DNA of 64,000 nt. Source: Dehalococcoidia bacterium. Its GTDB lineage: Bacteria; Chloroflexota; Dehalococcoidia; Bin125. Of the stretch, positions 11,679 to 24,112 are shown one piece after another; within the stretch, counting starts at the first letter, position 1; each line of letters starts with the position of its first letter. Made by a program: the position numbers and the translations under genes. The stretch lies in the NCBI GenBank assembly GCA_963555985.3, contig OY820591.1:2944001-3008000 (forward strand), in the 5' to 3' direction. A model generated the notes under the pieces. It was not told the origin of the DNA. It saw only the letters and a list, made by a program, of their open reading frames with translations, and did no database searches.

Positions 11679-12169
11679 TGGTCTTGCGGTTGAACGATCT
11701 GCGCCCCGCGCCGGGTTCACGGCGCAAGCGCAAGCGCGTGGGACGCGGCAACGCCTCCGGCAAGGGCACCTACTCCGGGCGCGGGCTCAAGGGCCAGCGC
11801 TCCCGCGCCGGACGCGATTACAACTCGGTCTTCGAGGGCGGCGCGATGTCGATGATGCGCACCTTGCCGCGGCGCAAGGGCTTCAAGGCTCCCTTCCGAG
11901 TCGAGACTCAGCCGATCAACGTCGTCGACCTGGGCCGCCGCTTCGCCGAGGGCGCGCAGATTGATGCCGAGGCGCTGGTCGCCGCCGGACTCCTACGCCG
12001 CGCCGGCGACCGTTTCAAGATTCTCGCCGGCGGCGAGATTGAGCACGCTGTCCACCTGCGCGTGGAGCGGATCTCGGCCGCCGCGCAAGCCAAGATCACC
12101 GCCGCCGGCGGCAGCGTCGAGGTGTTGAATGCAGAGAGCGCAGACAGCGGCGGGACCGACTCGGCCTAA
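11675..12169 (+). CDS. rplO: 50S ribosomal protein L15
   Basis: [32 protein letters not shown]. Confidence 0.97.
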   Translation: MMVLRLNDLRPAPGSRRKRKRVGRGNASGKGTYSGRGLKGQRSRAGRDYNSVFEGGAMSMMRTLPRRKGFKAPFRVETQPINVVDLGRRFAEGAQIDAEALVAAGLLRRAGDRFKILAGGEIEHAVHLRVERISAAAQAKITAAGGSVEVLNAESADSGGTDSA

Positions 12170-13877
12170 GCTGCTGCAGGCGCTGGTCGATGCCTGGCGC
12201 CAGCCCGATGTCCGGCAAAAGCTCGCCTTCACGCTGGCCATGCTGGTCGTGTTTCGGCTCGTCGCCCACGTGCCGATCCCCGATATCAACAAGACCCAGC
12301 TCGAAAACGCGCTCGACAACAACCCCGTCCTCGGTTTCCTGAACCTCTTCTCCGGCGGCGGCCTCGACAACCTCTCGATCGTCGCTCTGGGCGTCTACCC
12401 CTACATCACGGCCTCGATCGTGATGAACCTGCTCCAGCCGATGGTCCCCCGACTCCAAGCGCTCGCCCAAGAGGGGGAATCGGGCCGCAACAAGATTCAG
12501 CTCTACACCTACTGGCTCGCGATTCCGATGGCGCTCGTGCAGGGCTACGGGCAGTTGCTTTTGCTCGAAAACGCGCGCGCGATCACCGGCATCGGTTTCG
12601 GCGCCGAAGAATGGCTGCCCACCATCTCCGCGCTCCTGACCATGACCGCCGGCACGATGTTCCTGATCTGGCTGGGCGAATTGATCACCGAGAAGGGCGT
12701 CGGCAACGGCATCTCGCTGATCATCTTCGCCGGCATCTTGGCCAGCTTCCCCACGCTCTTCAACTCGGTCGGCAACTCCGACATCGGCTGGTCCGGCATC
12801 GCCGTCGTGATCGCGATCGCCATCGCGCTGGTCGCCCTGATTGTCTTCTTCCAGGAGGCCCAGCGGCGCATCCCCGTCCAATACGCCAGATCGGTCTTCA
12901 GAGGCGGGCGGATGTACCGCCAGAGCGGACAGAGTTATATCCCCTTACGAGTCAACTCCGCCGGCATGATCCCGCTGATCTTCGCCTTCTCGATCATCAT
13001 CTTCCCCTCCGTCCTGGCCGGTTGGATCACCGGCGCAGCCGGTGAAGAGAGCCAGACCCAGGTCGCGGTCGAAACGCCATTCGTGCGCGAAGACAGCGAT
13101 CAGACTCTGATCACGCTCTTCCCGGACCTTGACGATGAAGGCCGTTTCTGGGTCAACGACGCCGAGATCAGCTGGAATGCCAGCGAAGACACCTTCGACG
13201 ACCTGCTCGACCGAATCAATCAGGACAGCGACGCCAACGTCCTCACCCAGATTGAGACGACCAACGATCCGCTCAGCGGCGAAACCCTCTACGCCTGGCG
13301 GATCGACGCCAACGAGATCTCCGAAGACCCGATTACCCTCGCTGACATTGAGGGCAACTTCATCGCGGTCTCCGAGATCAAGACCCACGAGGACGCCTTC
13401 GATAATCCGCTCACGCCCGATATCGCCGAAGGCCAGACCTTAGGCGAACGCCCCGGCTGGATCATCCGCGCCGCCGATTGGGTCCAGCTCAATCTTTCGC
13501 CCGGACGTCCGGCGTACTGGGGGCTGTCCTTCATTCTCGTGGTCGGGTTCACCTTCTTCTACACCTTCGTCACCTTCCAGCAGCAGAACCTGGCCGAGAA
13601 CCTGCAAAAGCAGGGCGGCTTCATCCCCGGCATCAGACCTGGGCGACCCACGCAGGACTACATCAACCGCGTGCTCGCCCGAATCACTTGGGCCGGAGCG
13701 CTCTTCCTCGGTTTCGTCGCGGTCGTGCCCTTCTTAGCCACTGAATTCATCCCTGACAGCACCGCGCTCACGATCTCCAGCACTGGTCTGCTGATCGTGG
13801 TCGGCGTCGCGCTCGACACGATGCGCCAGATCGAAGCGCAGCTGCTGATGCGCAACTACGAAGGGTTTATCCGCTAA
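12129..13877 (+). CDS. secY: Preprotein translocase SecY with large extracytoplasmic insertion
   Basis: [72 protein letters not shown]; 582 aa versus about 430-450 typical. Confidence 0.97.
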   Translation: MQRAQTAAGPTRPKLLQALVDAWRQPDVRQKLAFTLAMLVVFRLVAHVPIPDINKTQLENALDNNPVLGFLNLFSGGGLDNLSIVALGVYPYITASIVMNLLQPMVPRLQALAQEGESGRNKIQLYTYWLAIPMALVQGYGQLLLLENARAITGIGFGAEEWLPTISALLTMTAGTMFLIWLGELITEKGVGNGISLIIFAGILASFPTLFNSVGNSDIGWSGIAVVIAIAIALVALIVFFQEAQRRIPVQYARSVFRGGRMYRQSGQSYIPLRVNSAGMIPLIFAFSIIIFPSVLAGWITGAAGEESQTQVAVETPFVREDSDQTLITLFPDLDDEGRFWVNDAEISWNASEDTFDDLLDRINQDSDANVLTQIETTNDPLSGETLYAWRIDANEISEDPITLADIEGNFIAVSEIKTHEDAFDNPLTPDIAEGQTLGERPGWIIRAADWVQLNLSPGRPAYWGLSFILVVGFTFFYTFVTFQQQNLAENLQKQGGFIPGIRPGRPTQDYINRVLARITWAGALFLGFVAVVPFLATEFIPDSTALTISSTGLLIVVGVALDTMRQIEAQLLMRNYEGFIR

Positions 13878-13879
13878 CG

Positions 13880-14527
13880 ATGTACGTCATCCTGCTCGGC
13901 CCGCCCGGCGCGGGCAAAGGCACTCAAGCCGTCCAAACCGCCCAGCGCACCGGCCTGCTCCATCTCTCCACCGGAGACATGTTCCGCGAGCACCTGCGCG
14001 GCGGCACCGAACTCGGACAACTCGCCAAGGGCTACATGGACCGCGGCGAACTGGTGCCGGACGAAGTCACCATCTCGATGCTGCTCGAACGCATCGGCCG
14101 CGACGACGCCAAGGCCGGCTGTCTCTTCGACGGCTTCCCGCGAACTGTCGAGCAGGCGGCTGCGCTCGATCAGGCGCTCAACGAGCAGGACGACGGAATC
14201 ACCGTCACTGTCTTGATCGACGTCTCCAACGAGGAGATCACGCGCCGTCTCGGAGGCCGCGTCAGCTGCGCCAGCTGCGGCTCCGTCTTCCACCAGCTCT
14301 TCAATCCCCCCAACGCCGACGATCCCTGCTGCGGCAATGTCAACATGATCCAGCGCGACGACGACAAGCCCGAAGCGATCGCGAATCGGCTCCAGGTCTA
14401 CGCGGATCAGACCGAACCGCTGGTTGCCTACTATGAGCAGCAGGACAAGTTGACCCGCGTAAACGGCGAACAGTCGCCCGATGCAGTCGGCGTCGAACTC
14501 TTGGCGGCCCTGGAAGCGGCGAACTAA
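13880..14527 (+). CDS. adk: Adenylate kinase
   Basis: GPPGAGKGTQA, LSTGDMFR, FDGFPRT, QRDDD. Confidence 0.98.
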   Translation: MYVILLGPPGAGKGTQAVQTAQRTGLLHLSTGDMFREHLRGGTELGQLAKGYMDRGELVPDEVTISMLLERIGRDDAKAGCLFDGFPRTVEQAAALDQALNEQDDGITVTVLIDVSNEEITRRLGGRVSCASCGSVFHQLFNPPNADDPCCGNVNMIQRDDDKPEAIANRLQVYADQTEPLVAYYEQQDKLTRVNGEQSPDAVGVELLAALEAAN

Positions 14528-14529
14528 CG

Positions 14530-15306
14530 ATGGTCAGTGGAGCGCGTCCCCGTCAGGTCGAACTGAAAACGCCCGCTCAGATCGCGGAAATGCGCGCGCC
14601 CGGCCGCATGGTCGGCGAAACCCTCGCCGAACTCCGCGAACTGGTCAAGCCCGGGCGCAAACTCTCCGAACTTGACCAGTATGTACTCGAGAAGTTCGAG
14701 CGCCTCGGCGTCATTCCCACCTTCCTCGGCTATCAGGGGTTCCCTCACACCATCTGCGCCTCGGTCAACGACGAGATCGTGCACGGCTTCGCCACCGAGC
14801 GCCGCCTGGAAGAGGGCGACATCCTCTCGATCGATCTCGGCGCCACGATCAACGGCTGGGTCGGCGATTCCGCCATCACCGTTGGCGTGGGTACGATCAG
14901 TGCGGAGGCGCAGCGCCTGCTCGATGTGACCTCAGAGTCGCTGAGTGCGGGCATTGACGCCGCCCGCATCGGCGTGCGTAAAGGCGATATCGGCGCAGCC
15001 ATTCAGGAAGTGCTAGAATCAGCGGGCTACGGCGTAGTGCGCGGCTACGTCGGTCACGGCGTGGGGCGGCAAATGCACGAGCCGCCGAACATGCCCAACT
15101 ACGGCCGGCGCGGCAGCGGTATGACCATGCGGCGCGGGATGGTCGTCGCCCTGGAGCCGATGGCCACCATCGGCAATCCGACGACCAAGGTGTTGGACGA
15201 CGGCTGGACGGTCTGCACCGCAGACGGCAGCCTCTCCGCCCACTTTGAACACACCATTGCCCTGCGCGAAGGCGAGCCGGCGGAGATTCTCACGTTGGCC
15301 CGGTGA
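14530..15306 (+). CDS. map: Methionine aminopeptidase type I
   Basis: CASVNDEIVHG, DSAIT, GHGVG..MHE, SAHFEHTI. Confidence 0.97.
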   Translation: MVSGARPRQVELKTPAQIAEMRAPGRMVGETLAELRELVKPGRKLSELDQYVLEKFERLGVIPTFLGYQGFPHTICASVNDEIVHGFATERRLEEGDILSIDLGATINGWVGDSAITVGVGTISAEAQRLLDVTSESLSAGIDAARIGVRKGDIGAAIQEVLESAGYGVVRGYVGHGVGRQMHEPPNMPNYGRRGSGMTMRRGMVVALEPMATIGNPTTKVLDDGWTVCTADGSLSAHFEHTIALREGEPAEILTLAR

Positions 15307-15372
15307 GACAAGCGAAACGAACGGCAGCCGCGCTCATGCACGAGCGCGGGCGCGAACGGTAACGGAGGCTTG

Positions 15373-15654
15373 GTGGCGCGAAATCGAGGCGGCGGCGGAC
15401 GCCGGGGGCAGCGTGCTTCATCGCCCGCCCCTCCGCCCAAACAGGACAAAATCGAAGTTGAGGGCGTCGTCCGCGAACTGCTCCCCAACGCGACCTTCCG
15501 GGTCGAACTGCCCAACGGGCACGAAGTGCTCGCGCACTTGGCCGGCAAGATGCGTCAGCATCACATCCGCGTCCTGCGCGGCGATCGTGTATTGGTGGAA
15601 CTCTCCGAGTATGACCTCACACGCGGTCGCGTGGTATACCGATTCAAGAACTAG
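15373..15654 (+). CDS. infA: Translation initiation factor IF-1 with N-terminal extension
   Basis: [35 protein letters not shown]; GGAGG at 15364; start GTG 15373 or TTG 15370. Confidence 0.95.
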   Translation: MARNRGGGGRRGQRASSPAPPPKQDKIEVEGVVRELLPNATFRVELPNGHEVLAHLAGKMRQHHIRVLRGDRVLVELSEYDLTRGRVVYRFKN

Positions 15655-15723
15655 TCGAAACGAACACACGCCGGTTTCGAGCGAACGGGCGGACAACGCT
15701 GGAGCAGACGGCAGGAGCAGAGC

Positions 15724-16104
15724 ATGGCTCGTATCTCCGGGGTTGATGTCCCCGACGACAAGAAAGCGCCCTACGCGCTGCGCTATATCTTCGGCATCGG
15801 CGCGACCCGCGCCAAAGAAATCGTCGATAAAGCGCAAATCGACCCCGAACGCCGAATCCGCGAATTGACCGACGGCGAACTCGCCCGCATCCGCGAAATC
15901 GTCGACCGCGATTACCTGGTCGAAGGCGACCTCCGCCGCGTCGTGCGCTCCAACGTCCAGCGGCTGATCGACATCAACTGTTACCGCGGCCAGCGCCACC
16001 GCCGCAACCTGCCGATGCGCGGCCAGCGCACCCGCACCAATGCGCGCACCCGGCGCGGAGCGAAGAAGACGGTCGCCGGCCGCCGCCGAGCCGTCAAGCG
16101 CTAA
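15724..16104 (+). CDS. rpsM: 30S ribosomal protein S13
   Basis: [33 protein letters not shown]. Confidence 0.98.
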   Translation: MARISGVDVPDDKKAPYALRYIFGIGATRAKEIVDKAQIDPERRIRELTDGELARIREIVDRDYLVEGDLRRVVRSNVQRLIDINCYRGQRHRRNLPMRGQRTRTNARTRRGAKKTVAGRRRAVKR

Positions 16105-16196
16105 CGGACGCACAGAGACGCAACACACGACAACACCGGCGGTCCGCATCGGCAAGCTGCGGCCGCCTGCCCACGAGTGAGACGAAGGAGACGCAG

Positions 16197-16595
16197 ATGG
16201 TCAGTCAGCGGCGAGAGCGGCGCGGACGACGGCGCGAACGCAAGAACATCCCCCACGGACGCGCCTACATCCAGTCCACTTTCAACAACACCATCATCAC
16301 CATGACCGACCTCAACGGGAACCCCGTTGCCTGGAGCAGCGCCGGCAGCACCGCCGGCGTCCGCGGTTCTCGCAAAGGCACGCCCTTCGCTGCCCAAATC
16401 GCCGCCGAAGAAGCCGCCAAGAAAGCCGCTGTGCATGGCATGAAAGAGATCGACGTCTACGTCAAGGGTCCGGGCTCAGGGCGCGAGTCCGCCGTGCGCG
16501 CGCTCCAGGCCGCCGGACTCACCCTGCTCTCGATCCGCGACGTGACTCCGATCCCGCACAACGGCTGCCGCCCCCGCAAACGCCGCCGCGTCTAG
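16197..16595 (+). CDS. rpsK: 30S ribosomal protein S11
   Basis: [28 protein letters not shown]. Confidence 0.98.
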   Translation: MVSQRRERRGRRRERKNIPHGRAYIQSTFNNTIITMTDLNGNPVAWSSAGSTAGVRGSRKGTPFAAQIAAEEAAKKAAVHGMKEIDVYVKGPGSGRESAVRALQAAGLTLLSIRDVTPIPHNGCRPRKRRRV

Positions 16596-16680
16596 CCGCA
16601 CGCCACCGAAACGCTGCGCACACTGCCGCACACCATCGAACACACTCGAACACCTCCGAACACACCTGAACGCCAGAACA
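16591..16680 (+). repeat. Degenerate 10-bp-period tandem array (CAC-N3-CG[A/C]A)
   Basis: cgccaccgaa/acgctgcgca/cactgccgca/caccatcgaa/cacactcgaa/cacctccgaa/cacacctgaa between rpsK and rpsD. Confidence 0.85.
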
Positions 16681-16695
16681 CAGAGAGACCCGCCC

Positions 16696-17322
16696 ATGGC
16701 TCGATACACCGGACCGGTCTGCCGCATCTGCCGCCGCAGCGGCGAGAAGCTGATGCTCAAGGGCGAGCGTTGCAGCACGCCCAAGTGCGCCATTGAGCGC
16801 CGCAACCAGCCCCCTGGACAGCGCTCTCCCCGCCGTCGCAAAGTCTCCGACTACGGCGTCCAGGTCAAGGAAAAGCAGAAGGTGCGCAAGACCTACGGCG
16901 TGCTCGAGCGCCAGTTCCGGCGCATGTTCAGCGAAGCTTCGCGCCGCCCCGGCGCGACCGGCGACAACCTCCTGCAAATGCTCGAACTCCGCTTCGACAA
17001 TGTCGTCTACCGCCTCGGCATCGCCGAGTCCCGCGCTCAGGCCCGCCAGCTCGTCCGCCACGGCCATATCACCCTCAACGGTCACAAGGCCGACATTCCC
17101 TCAATCGAGACTCGAGTCGGCGACCAGATCGGCTGGACCGAGCGCGGCCGCAAGAGCAAGTTCTACGAACTCTCCCGCACCTGGCAGGGCAGCCGCGAAG
17201 TGCCCGGCTGGCTCCGGATCGACCCGATCCAGCTCGAGGGCGAACTGACCGCCCTGCCCGCCCGCGAAGACATCGACATGCGTGTCGACGAGAACGCCAT
17301 CGTTGAGTACTACTCCCGCTAG
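16696..17322 (+). CDS. rpsD: 30S ribosomal protein S4 (Cys-containing Zn type)
   Basis: MARYTGPVCRICRR...C...C, KEKQK, ARQLVRHGH, IVEYYSR. Confidence 0.98.
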   Translation: MARYTGPVCRICRRSGEKLMLKGERCSTPKCAIERRNQPPGQRSPRRRKVSDYGVQVKEKQKVRKTYGVLERQFRRMFSEASRRPGATGDNLLQMLELRFDNVVYRLGIAESRAQARQLVRHGHITLNGHKADIPSIETRVGDQIGWTERGRKSKFYELSRTWQGSREVPGWLRIDPIQLEGELTALPAREDIDMRVDENAIVEYYSR

Positions 17323-17371
17323 CACCCTTCCCCGCCCGCGCACCCGTTCCCCTCTGGAGGCCGCGACCATC

Positions 17372-18550
17372 GTGATCCTGCCGACCGATCAGCCACACTT
17401 CCAGCTCGAAGACGAGCGCCAAGACTACGCCCGTATTCTGGTGGGGCCGCTCCCGCGCGGCTTCGCTCACACCCTGGGCAACTCCTTGCGCCGCGTGCTC
17501 CTGGGCCGCATTCGCGGCGCCGCTATCACCTGGGTCCGGATCGACCAGGTGCAGCACGAGTTCTCTACCGTCCCCGCGATGAAGGAAGACACCACCGAGT
17601 TCCTGCTCAACCTGCGCGAGGTGCGCCTTCGCGCCCTCGCCGATCAGCCCGCCGAACTGCAACTCAACGTCAGCGGCCCCGCTCAGATCACCGCCGCCGA
17701 CATCGCCGCCCCGGGCGATTACGAGATCGTCAACCCCGAGCTCTACCTCGCCACACTCGACAGTGGCGATGCCCAGCTCAACGTCGTGATGAAGGCCGAA
17801 ACCGGCTACGGCTTCCAGCCTTCCGAAGAGGTGCACAGCGCCGACGAACCGATCGGCCTGATCCCGCTCGATGCCGTCTTCACCCCGATTCGCAAGGCGA
17901 GCTACCGCGTGCAGCAGGCCAGCGGCGGTCAGGCCTCCAGCGCGGAAGAGTTGCTGCTCGAAGTCTGGACGAACGGCGCGATCTCCGGCAAGGACGCCAT
18001 CCAGAACGCCGCCGTCGCGCTCCAGGACGAACTCAAGCTGTTCACCACCATGGGCCAACCGCCCGTGCCGCGCGCGCTCGCTCCGCACGCCCGCGTCGGA
18101 CTCAGCGTCGAGCAGTACAACCTCCCGATCGAAGAGCTCAAGCTCTCCGTCCGCGCCCACAACTGCCTCAAGCGCAGCGGCCTGATGGTCGTGGGACAGA
18201 TTCTCGAAAAGTCCGACGACGAGTTGCTCACGCTGCGTAACTTCGGCGAGAAGTCGTACATCGAGCTGATCGAGAAGCTCCACGACATGAATCTGCTCGA
18301 CGAGGATGACCCGCGCGTGCGCCGCGCCCGCGAAGGCGTCTTCGCGCCCGTGGACGAAGCCCCGCTGACCACGCTGCCGCCGCTGGAGGAGACTGCTGAG
18401 ACGGCAACCCTGCCCGACGAACCGAGCATCGCCGTCGGCGCGCCGGAACCGAGCGACTCCGACGACGAGGAAGTCGACGAGACCACTTCCGCTCTCGGCG
18501 CGGCGCTGCTGGAGGCGCTGCGTCAGGCCGGCGAAGGCGCCGAAGAGTAA
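17372..18550 (+). CDS. rpoA: RNA polymerase alpha subunit with long acidic C-terminal extension
   Basis: GFAHTLGNSLRRVLL, QHEFST, DAVFTPI, LSVRAHNCLKR, RNFGEKS; GTG start after GGAGG. Confidence 0.96.
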   Translation: MILPTDQPHFQLEDERQDYARILVGPLPRGFAHTLGNSLRRVLLGRIRGAAITWVRIDQVQHEFSTVPAMKEDTTEFLLNLREVRLRALADQPAELQLNVSGPAQITAADIAAPGDYEIVNPELYLATLDSGDAQLNVVMKAETGYGFQPSEEVHSADEPIGLIPLDAVFTPIRKASYRVQQASGGQASSAEELLLEVWTNGAISGKDAIQNAAVALQDELKLFTTMGQPPVPRALAPHARVGLSVEQYNLPIEELKLSVRAHNCLKRSGLMVVGQILEKSDDELLTLRNFGEKSYIELIEKLHDMNLLDEDDPRVRRAREGVFAPVDEAPLTTLPPLEETAETATLPDEPSIAVGAPEPSDSDDEEVDETTSALGAALLEALRQAGEGAEE

Positions 18551-18598
18551 GCACGACCATCCGGCCGCGATCGGCGGCCCGCTGAGGAGACCTGGACG

Positions 18599-19012
18599 AT
18601 GCGCCACCGTAAGCATGGACGAGCGCTCAGCCGCAGCCGCTCGCACCGAAACGCGCTCGTGCGCAACCAGGTCACCGACCTCTTGCGCCACGAAGCGATC
18701 GTCACCACCGAAGCCAAGGCCAAGGCCATTCGTCCCGTCGCGGAACGGATGATCACGCTCGGCAAGCGCGGCACCCTCCACGCCCGCCGCCAGGCCAGCG
18801 CCGTCCTCACCGACCGCAAAGTCCTGCGCCGGCTCTTCGATGAGGTCGCGCCCCGCTTCGAGGAGCGCAACGGCGGCTACACCCGGATCGTCAAGCTCGG
18901 CCCCCGCCGCGGCGACGGCGCTGCGATGGCCCACATCGAACTCGTCGAGCGCGCCGCTCCTACCGTCGCCGAGGCTGAAGCCGAAGCCCAGGCCGAAACC
19001 GACGACGAATAG
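18599..19012 (+). CDS. rplQ: 50S ribosomal protein L17
   Basis: [31 protein letters not shown]. Confidence 0.98.
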   Translation: MRHRKHGRALSRSRSHRNALVRNQVTDLLRHEAIVTTEAKAKAIRPVAERMITLGKRGTLHARRQASAVLTDRKVLRRLFDEVAPRFEERNGGYTRIVKLGPRRGDGAAMAHIELVERAAPTVAEAEAEAQAETDDE

Positions 19013-19029
19013 CACAGCGCCGCTCCACC

Positions 19030-19857
19030 ATGCCCGATGCGCTCGCTCAGCCCCAACGCTGGGCGCTTCTGCTCCAATACGACGGTTCGGAGTTCGCAGG
19101 ATCGCAATGGCAACCGCAACTGCCCACCGTCCAGGGCGCGCTCGAACAGGCTCTGGCCTCGCTGACCGATCCGGGCGGGACAGCGCCGCGAACCCGCGCC
19201 GCGCTGGCCGGACGCACCGACGCGGGCGTCCACGCCACAGGTCAGGTCGCCGCCTTCAGCAGCGCCTCCGACCTCACCGCCCGCCGCTGGATTCGCGGCC
19301 TCAATCACTTCTTGCCCGATGCCGTTGCGGTACAGGCCATGCAACCCGTCGCGCCCAGCTTCGACCCGCGCCGCGACGCCATCGCGCGCGTCTATCGCTA
19401 CCGCTTGCGTATCGCCGCGCAGCGGCAGCCGCTCTGGGCGCGGCGCGCCTGGATCGTGCCTCCGCCTTTCGACCCGGCGGCGGCGCGCGCCGCACTCGCC
19501 GAGCTGGTGGGTCAGTGCGACTTCGCCGCGTTCTCTCCGCCCACGAGCGAGCGCTCGACCGTGCGCACGCTCCACTCCGCCGAGCTGACCGGCGGCGGCG
19601 TGAACTGGGAGTTCCGCTTTCGCGCCGATGCGTTTCTCCAGCACCAGGTGCGGCGCATGGCGGGAGCGGTCGTGGAGGTCGCCCGCGGGCGGGTGACGCT
19701 CGATACATTTCGCCGCAATCTGCGCAGCGCAGCGCCGGGCGGATTGGGGCCAACCGCGCCCGCCAACGCTTTGACGTTGGCCAGGGTTGAGTACGATAAG
19801 TCTGTCCTCTCCGATTGGGAGTTAACCGATGTCGACGACTGTTCTGAGTTCGAATGA
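19030..19857 (+). CDS. truA: tRNA pseudouridine(38-40) synthase
   Basis: YDGSEFAGSQ, AGRTDAGVHATGQV, AFLQHQVRRM, TAPA..LTL. Confidence 0.95.
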   Translation: MPDALAQPQRWALLLQYDGSEFAGSQWQPQLPTVQGALEQALASLTDPGGTAPRTRAALAGRTDAGVHATGQVAAFSSASDLTARRWIRGLNHFLPDAVAVQAMQPVAPSFDPRRDAIARVYRYRLRIAAQRQPLWARRAWIVPPPFDPAAARAALAELVGQCDFAAFSPPTSERSTVRTLHSAELTGGGVNWEFRFRADAFLQHQVRRMAGAVVEVARGRVTLDTFRRNLRSAAPGGLGPTAPANALTLARVEYDKSVLSDWELTDVDDCSEFE

Positions 19858-20254
19858 CGTGGAGCGCGCCTGGCACGTGATCGACGCCACGGATCGCCCG
19901 TTGGGGCGCGTGGCCACCGAGATCGCGGTGCTGCTGCGCGGCAAGCACAAGCCCTCGTTCCATCCTTCGCAGGATGTGGGCGACTACGTGATTGTGATCA
20001 ACGCCGCGCGCGTTGCGGTGACCGGGCGCAAGCTGGAGCAGAAGAAGTACTATCGCCACTCGGGTTACTTGGGCAGCTTGAAAGAGCAGACGCTCAAGGA
20101 CCTGCTGGCGAAGCATCCGGAGCGCGTGATCGAGCGCGCTGTGCGCGGGATGCTGCCGAAGACGCGGCTGGGGCGGACGCAGTACCGCCACCTCCGCGTC
20201 TACGCCGGACCGGACCACCCCCACCAGGGCCAAATCGCCGAGAGCGGAGCCTGA
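19829..20254 (+). CDS. rplM: 50S ribosomal protein L13
   Basis: WHVIDA, LRGKHKP, GDYVIVINA, AVRGMLPK. Confidence 0.98.
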   Translation: MSTTVLSSNDVERAWHVIDATDRPLGRVATEIAVLLRGKHKPSFHPSQDVGDYVIVINAARVAVTGRKLEQKKYYRHSGYLGSLKEQTLKDLLAKHPERVIERAVRGMLPKTRLGRTQYRHLRVYAGPDHPHQGQIAESGA

Positions 20255-20258
20255 GCCG

Positions 20259-20663
20259 ATGACTACCAGCAGCGCGAACCACTATCACTACGGTCTCGGC
20301 CGCCGCAAGACCTCGATCGCCCGCGTCCGGCTCTATCCGGGCGACGGCTCGATTGTGGTCAACGGCAAGCCCGCCGAGCAGCTTTTCGCCCGCGAGGAGC
20401 AGCGGCGGCTGATCAAGGAGCCGCTCTTCGTCTGCGAGGCCGAGCACAGCTACCGGGCCGAGGTGAAGTGCTCCGGCGGGGGCATGACCGGCTGGGCCGG
20501 CGCGATCCGTCTGGGCATCGCCCGCGCCCTGCTCGCCTCGGACGAGTCCCTGCGCGGCACCCTGCGCCAGGAGGGGATGCTGACCCGCGATCCGCGCGCC
20601 AAGGAGCGCAAGAAGCCCGGGCTCAAGCGGGCGCGCAAGGCTCCGCAGTACACCAAGCGCTAG
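20259..20663 (+). CDS. rpsI: 30S ribosomal protein S9
   Basis: GRRKTSIARV, LTRDPRAKERKKPGLKRARKAPQYTKR. Confidence 0.98.
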   Translation: MTTSSANHYHYGLGRRKTSIARVRLYPGDGSIVVNGKPAEQLFAREEQRRLIKEPLFVCEAEHSYRAEVKCSGGGMTGWAGAIRLGIARALLASDESLRGTLRQEGMLTRDPRAKERKKPGLKRARKAPQYTKR

Positions 20664-20741
20664 GGCTTGTTCAGATCGCTCTGAGCTGAAGGCACCGAGG
20701 CAGGGTGGAAGCGCCAACCCCCGGCATTGCCGATCCCACTT

Positions 20742-20909
20742 CGTCATACCCGCGCTTGCCGCGGGTATCTCGCTGTGAGCGGCATGGAGGCCGTGCGTGG
20801 GTTGAGCGATTGAGCGCGGGCGGGTTTCCTCAGAATGAAGTGTTGGTGCAGCAGTCGGCGTCATTCCCGCGACGGAGCGCGGGAATGACGAGTCAGAGCG
20901 GGAATGACG
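20742..20909. repeat. Cluster of palindromic REP/dRS3-like repeats between convergent rpsI and metK
   Basis: CGTCATACCCGCG-cttgc-CGCGGGTATCTC (20742-20771); CGTCATTCCCGCG-acggag-CGCGGGAATGACG (20859-20890); half copy at 20898-20909. Confidence 0.85.
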
Positions 20910-20947
20910 AGCGAGTGTTGATCTGGCGAGGTCAATGTGAACAGGCA

Positions 20948-23511
<2,564 letters not shown>

Positions 23512-23940
23512 CCGCCCAGCGGCGAATGCGCCGGATTCGGGAGTTGGGGTGATCGTTTTGGTCGGCTCGCTGCCGCTTCTGCTCATGTTTGCGTCCGGGG
23601 TGTTCAGTGGATAGCGAGAATTTTTTTTCGCGCCGAAGAAATGTGTAGAGATTGAGAATGTGTAGGTTTTTCTGGGAGATTGTGAGATTGGGGTTGGATA
23701 GAAGTGGATGATTTTGGAAGGTTTTGGATAGTTTGGATAGTGGAAGTTGCAGGGTGATTCGGGTGGTCGCCTCCCTCTGCCTTCGGCATCTCCCCCCGCA
23801 AAGAGAGTTGCGCGTAAATCACATTCCCGTTGCTCTCGTCATTCCAGCGAACGCTGGAATCTCGCTCCGACCAGAGAGCCCGCAATTCCGGACGAGATTC
23901 CAGGTCAAGCCTGGAATGACGGAAATGGGGATTTTGCGGA

Positions 23941-24030
23941 CGGGGTGTCCGATTGTGTCCGATTGTGTTCGGGTGTGTTCGATTTCGTTCGGGAGCGTTC
24001 GGGTTCGTTCCGGTGTGTGTTGGGCGGTTC
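23941..24030 (-). repeat. Degenerate 10-bp-period tandem array (minus strand CG[A/G]AC-N5)
   Basis: cggggtgtcc/gattgtgtcc/gattgtgttc/gggtgtgttc/gatttcgttc/gggagcgttc/gggttcgttc. Confidence 0.85.
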
Positions 24031-24100
24031 GGGCGGGTTGCGGCGGTCATGGCGGGTTCTGTTGGTTGTGGGCGCGGGTTGGCTGGGGTCCATCATATCC

Positions 24101-24112
24101 GTACTGGAGTTC
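24101..24112 (-). promoter_or_regulatory. LexA-box-like site GAAC-N4-GTAC
   Basis: Minus strand reads GAACTCCAGTAC; one mismatch to the GAAC-N4-GTTC box of Firmicutes/Dehalococcoides LexA. Confidence 0.35.

Noticed and set aside
13041-13455. SecY insertion as an intein or intron
   Set aside because: No N-terminal Cys/Ser block A and no C-terminal His-Asn; in frame, acidic and in a variable loop rather than a conserved motif
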